A stretch of DNA of 64,000 bases from Acidobacteriota bacterium. GTDB lineage: Bacteria; Acidobacteriota; Aminicenantia; UBA2199. The translations under genes and the position numbers were made by a program. The stretch's first letter is position 1. Each line of letters starts with the position of its first letter. Under the pieces are notes generated by a model. It had not been told where the DNA came from, ran no database searches, and worked only from the letters and a program-made list of their open reading frames with translations. Shown piece after piece: positions 36,732 to 49,009 of the stretch. The stretch spans positions 33,500 to 97,499 of the forward strand of contig JAKLEC010000001.1 in the NCBI GenBank assembly GCA_022711715.1, written 5' to 3'.

Positions 36732-38102
36732 ATGGGCACACGGGGGGATGCCTGGAGAACGGCCATACTGGCGGCAACGCTGGCGCTGCTCATTTCCTGC
36801 AGCGGCGGGAACGGGGACGGTGACGACCAAGGGCCGCACGACGACAATGGCACGCAGTTGCCGCGGGCCACGCTGGACGACTTCATCTACCAGGGCGCGT
36901 TCAAGGCCCCCTTCGGCCAGTATGGCCAGGGGAAGATCGCCTTCAACCCCCAGGGCGACGGCGGCCGCGGCTCGCTGTACCTGGTCGGCGGCGGCACCGA
37001 CACTTTCGCCGTCGGCGAGATCGCCATCCCGGCGCTGGTGAACGTGACCGGCCGCGACGGCCTGGCGGCGCTGAACACGGCGGCCGTGCTGCAGCCCCCG
37101 GCCGACATCTACCGCCGTATCCCGGTCAAGGCCGCCTCCTGGCCGCGCGGCGCCGTCAACCGCTACGACGGCGGCAATTTCGCCGCCTTCGGTGGCCTGT
37201 ACTGCGAGGGCGGCAGGCTCTACTTCAACGCTTACACCTACTACGACGGCGAGGGCAGCGAGACCGCCACCACCGGCGTCATCCACAACCCGGCCCGCCT
37301 GGCCTCCTCGCCGGTGTCGGGCATGTTCAAGGCGCAAGGGGCGGCCCACGCCTCGGGCTGGATCACCGCCATCCCCTCCGCCTGGAGCTCCCGGCTCGGC
37401 GGCACCCACCTGATGGGCCACGACAACCAGATCACCATCGTCTCCCGGGCCAGCGCCGGGCCCAGCCTCTTCGCCTTCGACCTGGCCGACGCCGCCGCGG
37501 CCCAGAACGGCGCCGTGATCGAGACCCGCGCCTGGCTGGACTACTCGCTCGAGCACTCGCTCTGGGGCGACGACATGGCCAACGTCAGCGGCGACAACAA
37601 GACCTGGACGCTGAAGACCGAAACGGGCGTCGGCATCATCGTCCCCGGGACGCGCACCTATGCCTTGCTCGGCAGCGCCGGCGGCTTCAACCGCAACCCC
37701 GCCAACCCCTGGCACGGCACCCCCGAGCCGGCGTTCCAGCCGCCCATCGCCGGGACGATCATCTACAAGCATGAGGACTCGCTGGGCTACGACAACGGCG
37801 GCGTGGCCGTCTGGGACGCCCAGGACCGCCATTACATGTACGCCTTCTACGACATCGAGGAGATCCTCGCCGCCGCCCAGCCTTACTCCGCGCGGCCCTA
37901 CGCCAACGGCATTTTCCCGGCCCCCTTTGCCCGCTATGGCGGGTACGAGGTCCCCGGGCAGTGGATCGACGCCGTCGCCGGCGGCGCCTACGACCCGGCC
38001 CGCAACCTGCTGTACCTGACCCTGCCGGCGGCGGCCAACGAGAGCGACCCCCTGTATCCGGGCGATCCGGTCATCGCGGTGTACAAATTCCGCAGGAACT
38101 GA
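36732..38102 (+). CDS. Lipoprotein, hypothetical
   Basis: LALLISCSG lipobox. 456 aa, no recognised family. Confidence 0.55.
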   Translation: MGTRGDAWRTAILAATLALLISCSGGNGDGDDQGPHDDNGTQLPRATLDDFIYQGAFKAPFGQYGQGKIAFNPQGDGGRGSLYLVGGGTDTFAVGEIAIPALVNVTGRDGLAALNTAAVLQPPADIYRRIPVKAASWPRGAVNRYDGGNFAAFGGLYCEGGRLYFNAYTYYDGEGSETATTGVIHNPARLASSPVSGMFKAQGAAHASGWITAIPSAWSSRLGGTHLMGHDNQITIVSRASAGPSLFAFDLADAAAAQNGAVIETRAWLDYSLEHSLWGDDMANVSGDNKTWTLKTETGVGIIVPGTRTYALLGSAGGFNRNPANPWHGTPEPAFQPPIAGTIIYKHEDSLGYDNGGVAVWDAQDRHYMYAFYDIEEILAAAQPYSARPYANGIFPAPFARYGGYEVPGQWIDAVAGGAYDPARNLLYLTLPAAANESDPLYPGDPVIAVYKFRRN

Positions 38103-38176
38103 AAGCGAGAGAGCCGGAAAAAGGCGACGCAGGCAGGCACGGCGCCTTCCTCTTCCTGGCTGGCCTTTGCCAGGTC

Positions 38177-38863
38177 CTATCCGCCGCCCGATTTCCGCGC
38201 CGTGTAGAGGCAGCAGACTCCAAGGGTCAGGCGGCGGCAGGCGGCCCCGGAAAAGCCGCAGCGCTGCAGCACGGCGGAAAAATCCCTGCCATCGGGAAAA
38301 GACAGGATCGTCTCTCCCAGCAGGGCATACGCCGCGCGGTTGCCGGCGAGCAGCCGCCCGGCCAGGGGGATGACCGCCTTCAAGTAGAGGCGGTGGAGCG
38401 TACGCACGGGGAACAGCCGGGGCCGGGAGAATTCGAGGATCACGGCGCGGCCGCCGGGCTTCAGAACGCGGTGCATCTCCCGCAAGCCGCCTTCCAGGTC
38501 GCGGAAGTTGCGCGCGCCGAAGGCGGTGGCCACGGCGTCGAAGGAGGAGTCAGGAAATGGAAGTCCCTCGGCGGCCCCGAGTTTCGTCTCGATCCGTTCG
38601 CCCGCCCCCCTCTTCCGCGCCTTGGCGACAGCCAGTGCCAGCATCCTTTCCGAAGGGTCGAGGAGCGTCACGCGCCCCGCGCCGGCCGCGAGGGCGGCCA
38701 GCGCCAGGTCGCCGCTGCCGGCGGCGATGTCCAGGAGCCGCGTCGGGGAGTGCAGGGCCGCCGCCGCCTGGCGCCGCCAGCCCCGGTCAAGGCCCAGCGA
38801 CAGCAGGCGGTTCATGCGGTCGTAGCGCGGGGCGATTTCGTCGAACAGCAGGCCGTCTGGCAT
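38177..38863 (-). CDS. ubiE: Demethylmenaquinone / ubiquinone-menaquinone biosynthesis C-methyltransferase UbiE/MenG
   Basis: LLDIAAGSGDLA SAM motif I, GGRAVILEFS motif. FDEIAPRYDRMNRLLSLG N-term characteristic of UbiE. Confidence 0.8.
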   Translation of the reverse strand: MPDGLLFDEIAPRYDRMNRLLSLGLDRGWRRQAAAALHSPTRLLDIAAGSGDLALAALAAGAGRVTLLDPSERMLALAVAKARKRGAGERIETKLGAAEGLPFPDSSFDAVATAFGARNFRDLEGGLREMHRVLKPGGRAVILEFSRPRLFPVRTLHRLYLKAVIPLAGRLLAGNRAAYALLGETILSFPDGRDFSAVLQRCGFSGAACRRLTLGVCCLYTARKSGGG

Positions 38864-38869
38864 CGTGCT

Positions 38870-39480
38870 CAGATTATATCGATACCCGTGAGCTCAGGGA
38901 AGAGCGAGGGAAGACCATGCTCGAGGAAGTCAGGGGCAAAGAGCCGATACGGATAAGGAACAAGTAAAAAGGTAAAAGGTAAGAGGAAGAGTTCGTTCCA
39001 ATTGCCCGCTGCTGCCACTGCCACAATGACCACCACAAAGATTCTGAAAGATCTTTTCCCACTCTCTTTTCCCTCTGGCTTCTCTGAGCTTCATTCAATT
39101 GCTGTTGCGAACACAAACACTAGCACCAGATCTATTCAAAATAACTTGCCAAGAGGCCTCGTGAAACTGGTAAGACTAAAGCTCCAAGTTCCAAGCACCA
39201 AATCCCAAATAAGCACCAAGCGCCAATGTCCAAATGGCCCAAACGAAGAGTAAACGCGCTCGATTATTGAATTACCGCCCAATTTTCCGGTGTAGGCACC
39301 CGATCGATTGAGCGCCCTGGTTTGGGTCATTGGAATTTGGGACTTGGAATTTGTTTGGAATTTGCTGCTTGGTGCTTGGAATTTTAGTCTTACGAGCACA
39401 TGCCCTAGCCATGAAAACCGTCTGGGGTAGCCCCAAAACCCTTTGCAGAACTGATTGTCTGTCAAAAAAACGAATATTTT
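38870..39480. repeat. Composite repeat cluster (GA-rich half-module, GTAAAAAGGTAAAAGG, family-B element in both orientations, TGGAATTTGG modules)
   Basis: 39170-39200 and 39365-39465 match 30580-30680. 38958-38985 matches 11713-11735. Confidence 0.8.
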
Positions 39481-39601
39481 GGACAGCAATGCACTAACCC
39501 AAACACATAGTGAAGCTTCTGCCGCTCTGCTTCATGCGAGATTTTCCCGGCCTGGCCATATTTATAACGCAGAGACAAACAAGCCATCCCAGGGGGAAAA
39601 C

Positions 39602-40357
39602 ATGAAGAAAGCACTTGCCGCGATCGCCCTGATCGCGATCATCTCGGCGCCGGCGCTCAGTGCCCAGGGCAAGGTCATCACGCCGCTCGTGCCGGAAGCC
39701 GAAAAGATCCTGGCAAATGGCGCCACGATTTTCTATGCCGGCTCGCCCTACCTGTCCATCAGCATCCACCTGACGCGGGCCGGCGCCCCCGTTCTCGGCG
39801 CCACGGTGCGCATGAACGAGCTCCTGCTGCGGGACAACGGCCATGGCGACTACGGCGGGGCGTACTATACACCCTTCACGGTCGAGCTGGGCCAGGAACA
39901 AGTCTTCACCATTGAGACCCTGCTCCCCGTGCCGGCAGGAAGCCCAGGCCCGCTCCGCCGCGAGAAAACGCGGCTGGCAGCCTACCGCGTTGACAGGCTG
40001 CTGCAATGGCTTTCGCCGGGCACGGGAGAAACGATCGACCTCGCCGCCTTCCCGCTGGGAGAACTGCCCCTGCGCTGGAAATTCGTCGGCGCGACTTCCG
40101 GGGTCAGGGCCCGGCTGACCGTCCTCGAAAGGGGCGGGCGCGGCGAGATCATCAGCCGCGCCGTCGAGGGCGACGAATGCACCATTCCCATCGCCGCCCT
40201 GCGGCCCGGCATGGAGTACATCATCAGCATCGACACCACGCCTCCCGACTGCGGCCCCATGGGAGTTTTCAAGCTGGGAAAAATCGCCGCCCCAGGCTCG
40301 GAGGTCCACTTCGAGTGGGAGTCCCACGTCGTGCTCAGGACCGCGCCGGCCAAGTAG
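39602..40357 (+). CDS. Secreted hypothetical protein
   Basis: Start MKKALAAIALIAIISAPALSA signal peptide. Upstream track residues are translated repeat. Confidence 0.55.
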   Translation: MKKALAAIALIAIISAPALSAQGKVITPLVPEAEKILANGATIFYAGSPYLSISIHLTRAGAPVLGATVRMNELLLRDNGHGDYGGAYYTPFTVELGQEQVFTIETLLPVPAGSPGPLRREKTRLAAYRVDRLLQWLSPGTGETIDLAAFPLGELPLRWKFVGATSGVRARLTVLERGGRGEIISRAVEGDECTIPIAALRPGMEYIISIDTTPPDCGPMGVFKLGKIAAPGSEVHFEWESHVVLRTAPAK

Positions 40358-40359
40358 AA

Positions 40360-40860
40360 AGCAAAAAGGACGATCTCAGGGAAGAGAGAGGGAAAACAAA
40401 GGGAAAGGCAGAGGGAAGCCGGAGTGGGAAAGGATTCCTGACAGAGCCTTTCCCGCATGGACCGATCTGTTGCTTTTACGAACCACTAATCACTTCGCCC
40501 GTGCCCTACGCCGTCCACCGCAGGGCCTTTTCTTCCTTTTTCCTTTTTCCTTTTGCCCTTTGCCTTTCGCCTTCCTCTTCCCCTCCGCCGTACGCCGTCC
40601 GCCGTCAGCCGTATGCCTTATGCTATGCTGGGGTTTTCTCTTACTTTTGCCTTTTGCCCTTTGCCCTTTGCCTTTCGCCTTCCTCTCCCCTCCGCCGTAC
40701 GCCGCATGCCGTCAGCCGTATGCCTTATGCCATGCTTGGGTTTTCTCTTACTTTTGCCTTTTGCCTTTTGCCCTTTGCCTTTCGCCTTCCTCTTCCCCTC
40801 AGCCGTACGCCGTATGCCGTATGCCGTCAGCCGAGTCCTGATATTCATAAATAGTTCCTA
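40360..40860. repeat. Tandem array, ~3 copies of a ~108-bp unit (CCGTACGCCG...CTTTTGCCTTTTGCCCTTTGCCTTTCGCCTTCCTCTTCCCCTC), preceded by GA-rich half-module
   Basis: Units at ~40586-40690 and 40691-40799 with partial copies on each side. No unique spacers, so not CRISPR. Confidence 0.85.
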
Positions 40861-40869
40861 TGACATCAT

Positions 40870-41109
40870 TTGTCCCACCCCCCTGTTTATATTATGGGCA
40901 GGAGGCTCACGATGATGAAACAAAAAGTGTTCTTTTTCGTGCCCAGGACGGAGGACGGCGACATGTCCGGGAGCGACGACCTGCGGCGCATGGCGGACGA
41001 CTACGTCCGGCTGTACGGCGAAGGCTGCCTGAAGGACCCCGAAACCCCTTCCTTCGTCCGCCAGGCGCTCGGCCAGGGAGCGGAGTGCGAGCTGCTTCAG
41101 GCCGGGTGA
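40870..41109 (+). CDS. Hypothetical small protein
   Basis: ORF-track only. Flanked by repeats. No family recognised. Confidence 0.25.
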   Translation: MSHPPVYIMGRRLTMMKQKVFFFVPRTEDGDMSGSDDLRRMADDYVRLYGEGCLKDPETPSFVRQALGQGAECELLQAG

Positions 41110-41400
41110 GGGCGGCGACGGTACTCGCTGTCCACAGTGTCAGTGACAGTGACAGTGTCAGCAAGAAACATCTCCGAACGCTACGCGTTAGTGTTTGTGT
41201 TTGTGTTAGCAACAGCATGAACCAATACTACGTGACAGTGCCAGTGCCAGCAAGAACGATCAGCACCTGACTAGAAATTCTAAGCACCCGAGCGAATTGG
41301 CCTTCGTTACGTCGAACCCCGCTCGGAGCTAGCGCTCCTCGGGGACGCCGCCCCTGGCGGGGCCGGCAGCGTCAAACGTCGGACGTCGAACCTTGTCGCC
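41110..41400. repeat. Composite repeat cluster with reverse-orientation family-A hairpin element
   Basis: 41250-41395 is the reverse complement of 21245-21395 (~90%). Also CAGTGACAGTGACAGTG and GTGTTTGTGTTAG modules. Confidence 0.85.
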
Positions 41401-42427
41401 CTTCTGGAATTCCTCTTTTCTTTATTCTTTGCAGTGAGAAAAGCCCTGCCGCCAGGAACAACAAGCCGAAGGCGACATAGGCGTCCGCGGCAAGGAACAG
41501 CACCAGGTGCGCGTAGACCCACATGCCCAGGATGTACGCCCACCACCAGCCGCGGAAGCGGATGACGCCGGCGACGATCAGCAGCACGGCGGTGAACCCG
41601 ACCAGCGCCGCCTGGGCGTCGCGGGTGGCCAGCAGCACCAGCAGCAGGTAAGCTGCCGCGAAGACTACCCACGGCCAGCGCCGGCGCCGGGCCAGGATCC
41701 TCCGCAGCGCCAGGTCGCAGGCGGCGACAAACCCCAGTCCGGCGATGAAGTTCAACCACCAGGGCGCGGCCGGCCGCCCCTCGGCCAGGCGCTTGACGTT
41801 GCGCATCATCTGCCGCTCCATGACGAAGTGGATGGTGTCGAAGGTCAGCGCCTGGCGAAGCAAGTCCCAGCGGCCCATGGGCGGGACGCGGCCGCGCAGC
41901 AGCAGCCGGGTGCGGCCGTCCGCCAGGGGGATGAAGTTGAAGCTGCCCCAGCCGCGCAGGACGAAATGTTTCGGTTTATCCAGCCGGGACACCGGCGGCG
42001 CCAGCCGGGGGGAGGGCTCCTGCCGGCGGAACAGTCCCAGCGGGTAGTCCTGGGGCGTCAGCAGCACCGGCATGCCCAGGCGCAGCTCCTGCCATTCCGG
42101 GCGAATGGACTCCGTATTGCGAATGTTGGCCAGGAAAAGGTTCTCCAGCCAGTGATAGCTATAGAAGCCGCCGCGGTCCTGGCCGATCTGCGCCTGCCAG
42201 GCCCAGGCCTGCTCGGGCGGTGCGTTGACGTCCAGGGCGCGGGTGGTCTGGTAGGCGTAGCCGGGAAGCTCCTCGTCGCCGGGGAAGACGGCGGCGCGCT
42301 CCTGCGGCGTCGAGCCCCAGTGCAGCAGCCAGGGTCGGCCCCAGGCGAAATAAAAGGAGATGACAGCGGCGAACACCAGCAAGAAAACCAGGGTCGACAG
42401 GGCCCGGCGTTTTTTTTCCATGCGCAT
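41372..42427 (-). CDS. Membrane protein with N-terminal SRPBCC-like region, hypothetical
   Basis: Start MRMEKKRR. N-terminal TM, soluble region, then 4-5 C-terminal TM helices. Family uncertain. Confidence 0.45.
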   Translation of the reverse strand: MRMEKKRRALSTLVFLLVFAAVISFYFAWGRPWLLHWGSTPQERAAVFPGDEELPGYAYQTTRALDVNAPPEQAWAWQAQIGQDRGGFYSYHWLENLFLANIRNTESIRPEWQELRLGMPVLLTPQDYPLGLFRRQEPSPRLAPPVSRLDKPKHFVLRGWGSFNFIPLADGRTRLLLRGRVPPMGRWDLLRQALTFDTIHFVMERQMMRNVKRLAEGRPAAPWWLNFIAGLGFVAACDLALRRILARRRRWPWVVFAAAYLLLVLLATRDAQAALVGFTAVLLIVAGVIRFRGWWWAYILGMWVYAHLVLFLAADAYVAFGLLFLAAGLFSLQRIKKRGIPEGRQGSTSDV

Positions 42428-42505
42428 CGCTCCCCGTGGATTCGCTCCATGATACAACGGCGGGTGAGATTTCTCCAGCCGGAGTCGTATTCAGAAAGCG
42501 GTTTC

Positions 42506-43216
42506 ATGGAGGCCATGATGAAGAAAAGTCATTTGCTTGCCGTGTGGATGATTGCCGCTGTCTGGCCCGCCTGGGCGCAGGAGAAGACGGTGCCCAAGCC
42601 GAGCGGGACCATCCTCGCCCCGCCGCGGGTGTTCATCACCGTCGTCCGGCCCGAGCACTACGAGCATGTCCTGCGCGGCGCCCAGCAGACGGTGCAGTGG
42701 ACGCGCACCGCCGACATCGGCCGCCCGACCATCGAGATCTGGAAGGGCGAGGCCGTGGTGCAGAGCTATCCGCTGGTCACCGCCGAGGGGCCGATCTCCC
42801 GCCGCTACCGCTGGACCTGGAACGTGCCGGCGACCACGGCGACCGGCGGCGATTACCGCGTCAAGGTGATCTCCGAGAACGGCCGCGCCTCCGACTTCAG
42901 CGAGTACTTCTCGGTTGTGGCCAGCAAGATCGAGATCAGCATGCCGCGCTACGGCTCGCACTACCGCCGGGGCTCGCTCATGACCATCCATTTCACCTGC
43001 TACAACGTGACCCAGAACCTGAGGGTCTACCCGCTGAACTTCTCCAACTATCCCATCGCCACCGATATTTCCCCCAGCACCACCTACGTCGACTGGCCCA
43101 CCGCCGGCACCAGCCCCGACGGCGAGGTGTGGATGCCCTTGAGCGGCCGCATCGTGGTCTCGACCATGGACGGCTCGGTCTACGCCGAGAGCCACGTGTT
43201 CACCATCGACGATTGA
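42506..43216 (+). CDS. Secreted hypothetical protein
   Basis: MEAMMKKSHLLAVWMIAAVWPAWAQE signal peptide. Rest of the 569-aa track ORF upstream is an antisense shadow. Confidence 0.5.
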   Translation: MEAMMKKSHLLAVWMIAAVWPAWAQEKTVPKPSGTILAPPRVFITVVRPEHYEHVLRGAQQTVQWTRTADIGRPTIEIWKGEAVVQSYPLVTAEGPISRRYRWTWNVPATTATGGDYRVKVISENGRASDFSEYFSVVASKIEISMPRYGSHYRRGSLMTIHFTCYNVTQNLRVYPLNFSNYPIATDISPSTTYVDWPTAGTSPDGEVWMPLSGRIVVSTMDGSVYAESHVFTIDD

Positions 43217-43277
43217 GCCCGGGCGTCGGATGCCGGACGGTCGGCGCGATCCGTTCAGGGGCGCCTGAGATCTTCCC

Positions 43278-43706
43278 CTACCCGGCGATGATCCTGGCGC
43301 CCAGCGCCAAGACCAGGGAGAACACGGCGCTCCAGAGCACGGAGCCGGCGGCCAGCCAGGGCAGGAGGCGCCTCGGCGGCGCGCCCAGGACCAGCCCCAG
43401 GGCGGCGCCCAGCGGCGAGCCGACCAGCAGCGGCGCCAGCAGCCCCCAGCCGATGACGCCGTAGCGCAGCCAGACGCGGTACAGCAGGCCGCGCCGCTTT
43501 TCCAGCTTTTCGCGCCCCCGTTTCTTCTCCAGCCAGGCCTTCACCCGCTCCCCCAGCAGGACGACGACGGCGCCGCCGCAGCCCGCCCCGGCGGCGGCGA
43601 CGGCGAAGACCGGCAGCGGGTCCAGGCCCATGGCCGCGCCGGCGGGGGCGGCGGCCCAGAGCTCGGCGACGCCCAGCGCGAAGAGGGTCAGCAGTTTCCA
43701 GGCCAT
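43278..43706 (-). CDS. Small polytopic membrane protein (possibly small-multidrug-export-like), hypothetical
   Basis: 142 aa, 4 hydrophobic helices with central basic loop KKRGREKLEKRRG. Confidence 0.35.
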   Translation of the reverse strand: MAWKLLTLFALGVAELWAAAPAGAAMGLDPLPVFAVAAAGAGCGGAVVVLLGERVKAWLEKKRGREKLEKRRGLLYRVWLRYGVIGWGLLAPLLVGSPLGAALGLVLGAPPRRLLPWLAAGSVLWSAVFSLVLALGARIIAG

Positions 43707-43865
43707 GGAGTCGTCCGTCCCATGCGCGCCATTCTAGCGCGGCCGGCAGCGGCTGTAAACCTTGTCTCGCCGGCACGATTGCTTTTTCCCCACGATTCGG
43801 GTATTTTTCCCTTTCGCCGCCGCATCCCCCCGCCTGCGGCAGGGCGCGGCGGTCCCGGGAGGGTT

Positions 43866-45183
43866 CATGCGCCGCTCATCCGCCGTGGTCGCGCTCATCG
43901 TCCTGTTGAACACCGGCATCGCCTCGCCGTTGGCTGCCCGGCCCGGCGCCGACCAGCCCGATCCCAAGCTGCAGCTCTATTTCTGGGAGCGGGTCCGCCA
44001 GGAGAGCTGGGACAACACGATGAGCCTGGACGACCGGGCCAACGACTCCAGCGCCTACCTGCGCCTGCGCACCGGCCTGGGCGCCTATTGGCGTCCCGGC
44101 AAGGGCTGGGAACTCCACCTGCGCCTGAGCAACGAGAACCGCCTGTACCTGGCGCCCAAGCTCGACCCGCGGCTGAAGAAGGACTTCGACGTCCACGAGC
44201 TCTTCGTCGACCAGCTGAGCGTGCGCTGGCGCAGCGCCGGCCCGCGGCCGCTGACCGTCACCCTGGGCCGGCAGGACATGATGTTCGGCGAGGGGTTCCT
44301 GATCATGGACGGCGGGCCGCTCGACGGCTCGCGCTCGGCCTACTTCAACGGCTTGCGCCTCGACTGGGCGCCGCGGCAGAATGCCAACCTGACGTTCTTC
44401 CTCGTGCGCCAGGGCAGGAGCGACCGGCTGCTGCCGGTCGTCAACGACCAGCATCAGGCCATGGCCGAGCAGGAGGAGCAGGGCGTCGGCCTGTATTACC
44501 GCGGCAAGGCGAAGCGCACCGCGCTGGAGGCCTACCTGTTCCGCAAGGACGCTTTCGCCTTCGCCGCCCTGCCGCGCGGCAGCGTGAACGTGGCCGGCGG
44601 CCGCGTCGTCCACCCGTTCTCGGATGCGCTTTCCCTCAGCGCCGAGGCGGCCCTGCAGCTGGGGAAGCTGGGCCAGGAGACACGCCGCGGCCTGGGCGGC
44701 TATGTCCACCTCGACGGCAGCCCCGGCCGGCGCTTCCCCGTGCCGGCGCTGGTCACGCTGGGAGGCATTTGGCTCAGCGGCGACGACCCGGGCACTCCGC
44801 GCTGCGAGGCCTGGGACCCGGCCTTCGGCCGCTGGCCCAAGTGGAGCGACTCGCTCATCTACCTGCAGGCCAGGGAGACGCGCATCGCCGACTGGACCAA
44901 CTTCGCCTCGCTCTTCGCCGTGCTGCTGTTCGCGCCGTCCGACCGGATCAAGCTGAGCTTGGGCGGACACTTCCTGTCGGCGCCGGAGCGGACGGCGCCC
45001 GCGGCCCTGCTCAGCGGCGCCGGACGCGACCGCGGCGGCCTGTTCATCGCCAAGGCGTCGTACGAGGCCTCCAAAAACCTCACCGGCCGCCTGATCTGGG
45101 AGTGGTTCAATCCCGGGAGCTTCTACCGCGCGGGAGCCGACCCCTACCACTGGGTGCAGTTCGAGATGTTCTTCCGCTTCTGA
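43866..45183 (+). CDS. Outer-membrane beta-barrel protein (alginate-export-like), hypothetical
   Basis: Start MRRSSAVVALIVLL signal peptide. Alternating amphipathic strands. C-terminal FEMFFRF aromatic terminus. Confidence 0.4.
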
Positions 45184-45198
45184 GCGAGGAGTGAGACC

Positions 45199-46749
45199 AT
45201 GAACGTCCTTTCCGTCCTGCTGGCCCTGCTGCCCGTGATCCTGGTCTTCCTGCTGCTGGTGCTGGCCAAGAAGGCAGCCGACGTGGCCGGCGCCTGGGGC
45301 TGGCTGGCCGCCGCCGTCATCGCCTGGCTCTGGTTCCGCACGCCGCCCGGCGTCGTCCTGTTCGCCAGCCTGAGCGGCGCCGTCGCCTCCTTCCCCATCT
45401 CGCTGATGGTGGCCACCTCCATCTTCCAGGTGACGGTGATGCTCGAGAGCGGCGCCATCGCCCGCGTGGCCGTGCTGATGAAGACCGTCTCGCCGCAGGA
45501 CAAGGTCGTGCAGGTGCTGCTGATCAACGTCGGCTTCGGCACCCTGATCGCCGCCATGGGCGCGACGCCGGTGTCCATTCTGCCGCCGATCATGCTGGCC
45601 CTGGGTTACACCACCTTCGTCTCCATCGCCCTGCCGGCGCTGGGCTACGACGCCCTGTGCACCTACGCGCTGCTGGGCGTGCCGGTGCTGGTCTTCTCCG
45701 CCTTCGTCGGCCGGCCGGTGACCGACATCGCCCACGTCTTCGCCCGCTACATGCCCTTCGTCAGCACCTGCATCGCCTTCGGCATGCTATGGATCGTCGG
45801 CGGCTGGAAGCTGGTGCGCAAGGGGATCGTGCCCACGCTGCTGGCGGGGATCAGCGCCGGCCTGGTGGCCGTCGCCATGGCCGCCGTCGGCCAGATCCCG
45901 CTGACCGGCATCGTGGCCGGGCTGGCCGTGATCGCGGTCATGCTGGCCTACCTGAAGCTGCGCGGCCGCCGGTTGATCGACCGCTCGGGGCTGGGGGAGG
46001 CCGACTTCGCCGCCGAGAAGCGCATCGGCCTGGCGGCGGCCACCTCGCCGTGGATCATTCTGGTGGGCGCCTCGCTGCTGATCAACCTGAAGGCGCTGCC
46101 TTTCGAGCGCCTCTTCACCGTGACCTGGGCCATGCCGCTGGCGGTCATCCCCGGCGCCCCCGAGAAGCTGCGCCTGTTCTCGCAGGCCTACTTCTGGGTG
46201 CTGGCCGCCACCCTGCTGGCGCTGCCGTTCCTGCGCCTGCGCCGCGGGCAGTTCGCCGCCTCGCTGCGCAAGTGGGCGAAGCGCGCGCCGCGGCCGGTGT
46301 TCGCCGCCGCCGTCTTCTTCGCCCTGGCCTACGTGCTGAACCACTCGGGCAAGGGCGGCGACTGGCTGCTGCTCGACCCGGCGCGCAACATGGTGGCGGT
46401 GGTGGCCGGCGCCGCCGCCGCCGCGTTCGGCAAGTTCTACCCGCTGGTGGCACCGTTCATCGGCCTGCTGGGCGGCTTCGTCAGCGGCTCCGAGGCATCG
46501 GCCATCGCCATGCTCACCAAGCTGCACCTGGCCACGGCCGAGAAGATCGGCGCCTGGGGGATCCTGATCGCGGCCTCGTCGGGCATCGGCGGCGGGCTGG
46601 CCAGCGTCATCTCGCCGGCCAAGCTGCAGAACGCGGCGGCCAGCATCGACCGCATCGGCGAGGAGGTGAAGGTCATTCCCGTCACCTTCGTCATTTCGCT
46701 GCTGATCACGCTGGTCACCGCCGTACTGACTCTTTTATGGTCATACTGA
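45199..46749 (+). CDS. lctP: L-lactate permease family transporter (LctP)
   Basis: 516 aa, ~14 TM. N-terminal MNVLSVLLALLPVILVF and GxGT/ALGY motifs consistent with the LctP family. Confidence 0.7.
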   Translation: MNVLSVLLALLPVILVFLLLVLAKKAADVAGAWGWLAAAVIAWLWFRTPPGVVLFASLSGAVASFPISLMVATSIFQVTVMLESGAIARVAVLMKTVSPQDKVVQVLLINVGFGTLIAAMGATPVSILPPIMLALGYTTFVSIALPALGYDALCTYALLGVPVLVFSAFVGRPVTDIAHVFARYMPFVSTCIAFGMLWIVGGWKLVRKGIVPTLLAGISAGLVAVAMAAVGQIPLTGIVAGLAVIAVMLAYLKLRGRRLIDRSGLGEADFAAEKRIGLAAATSPWIILVGASLLINLKALPFERLFTVTWAMPLAVIPGAPEKLRLFSQAYFWVLAATLLALPFLRLRRGQFAASLRKWAKRAPRPVFAAAVFFALAYVLNHSGKGGDWLLLDPARNMVAVVAGAAAAAFGKFYPLVAPFIGLLGGFVSGSEASAIAMLTKLHLATAEKIGAWGILIAASSGIGGGLASVISPAKLQNAAASIDRIGEEVKVIPVTFVISLLITLVTAVLTLLWSY

Positions 46750-47045
46750 ACAGGCAATAAGCTTGCAGATGCGATAAGGTTCGACGTTCGAGGTTCGACG
46801 CTGCCGGCCCCGTCAGGGGCGGCGTCCCCGAGGAGCGTTAGCTCCGAGTGGGATTCGACGCAACGAAGGCAAGTTCGCTTGGGTGCTTAAGATTTCTAGT
46901 TTGTGGCTGGTCGTTATTCTAAAAAGGTTAGGATCATTTGAAGGCCTTCTCGAATCACGAATTACGAATTACGAATCACGATAGCTCAAATTCGTGCAGT
47001 TGCTGACACAAACACTAACACGATCACGCAGATCTTCTGTTCGCT
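46750..47045. repeat. Composite repeat cluster: family-A hairpin element (+ orientation) plus (ATTCGTR)n and AACAC modules
   Basis: 46772-46915 matches 21245-21395. Confidence 0.85.
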
Positions 47046-47049
47046 CCAG

Positions 47050-48867
<1,818 letters not shown>

Positions 48868-49009
48868 GTGCTGCAGACGCGCCGGCCTCGGGTCCGCAAG
48901 GGGTTCACGGGTCCTGCATCGGGTGATCGGTTGGGGAGCGGGAACGGGCCTTTCCGTCAGGGCCATTATACACCAGGCGGCGGGGAATGTAAATCATCGC
49001 CTCCGGCAT

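Noticed and set aside
40500-40850. Possible CRISPR array
   Set aside because: Repeats are directly adjacent, 108 bp long, without unique spacers. No cas genes in the window.
40006-40915. ORFs 40006-40854, 40470-40841, 40553-40915 giving PFAFCLSPSSS / PYAVRRMPYA repeat proteins
   Set aside because: These are translations of the 108-bp tandem repeat and CGTACGCCG modules in three frames. Not genes.
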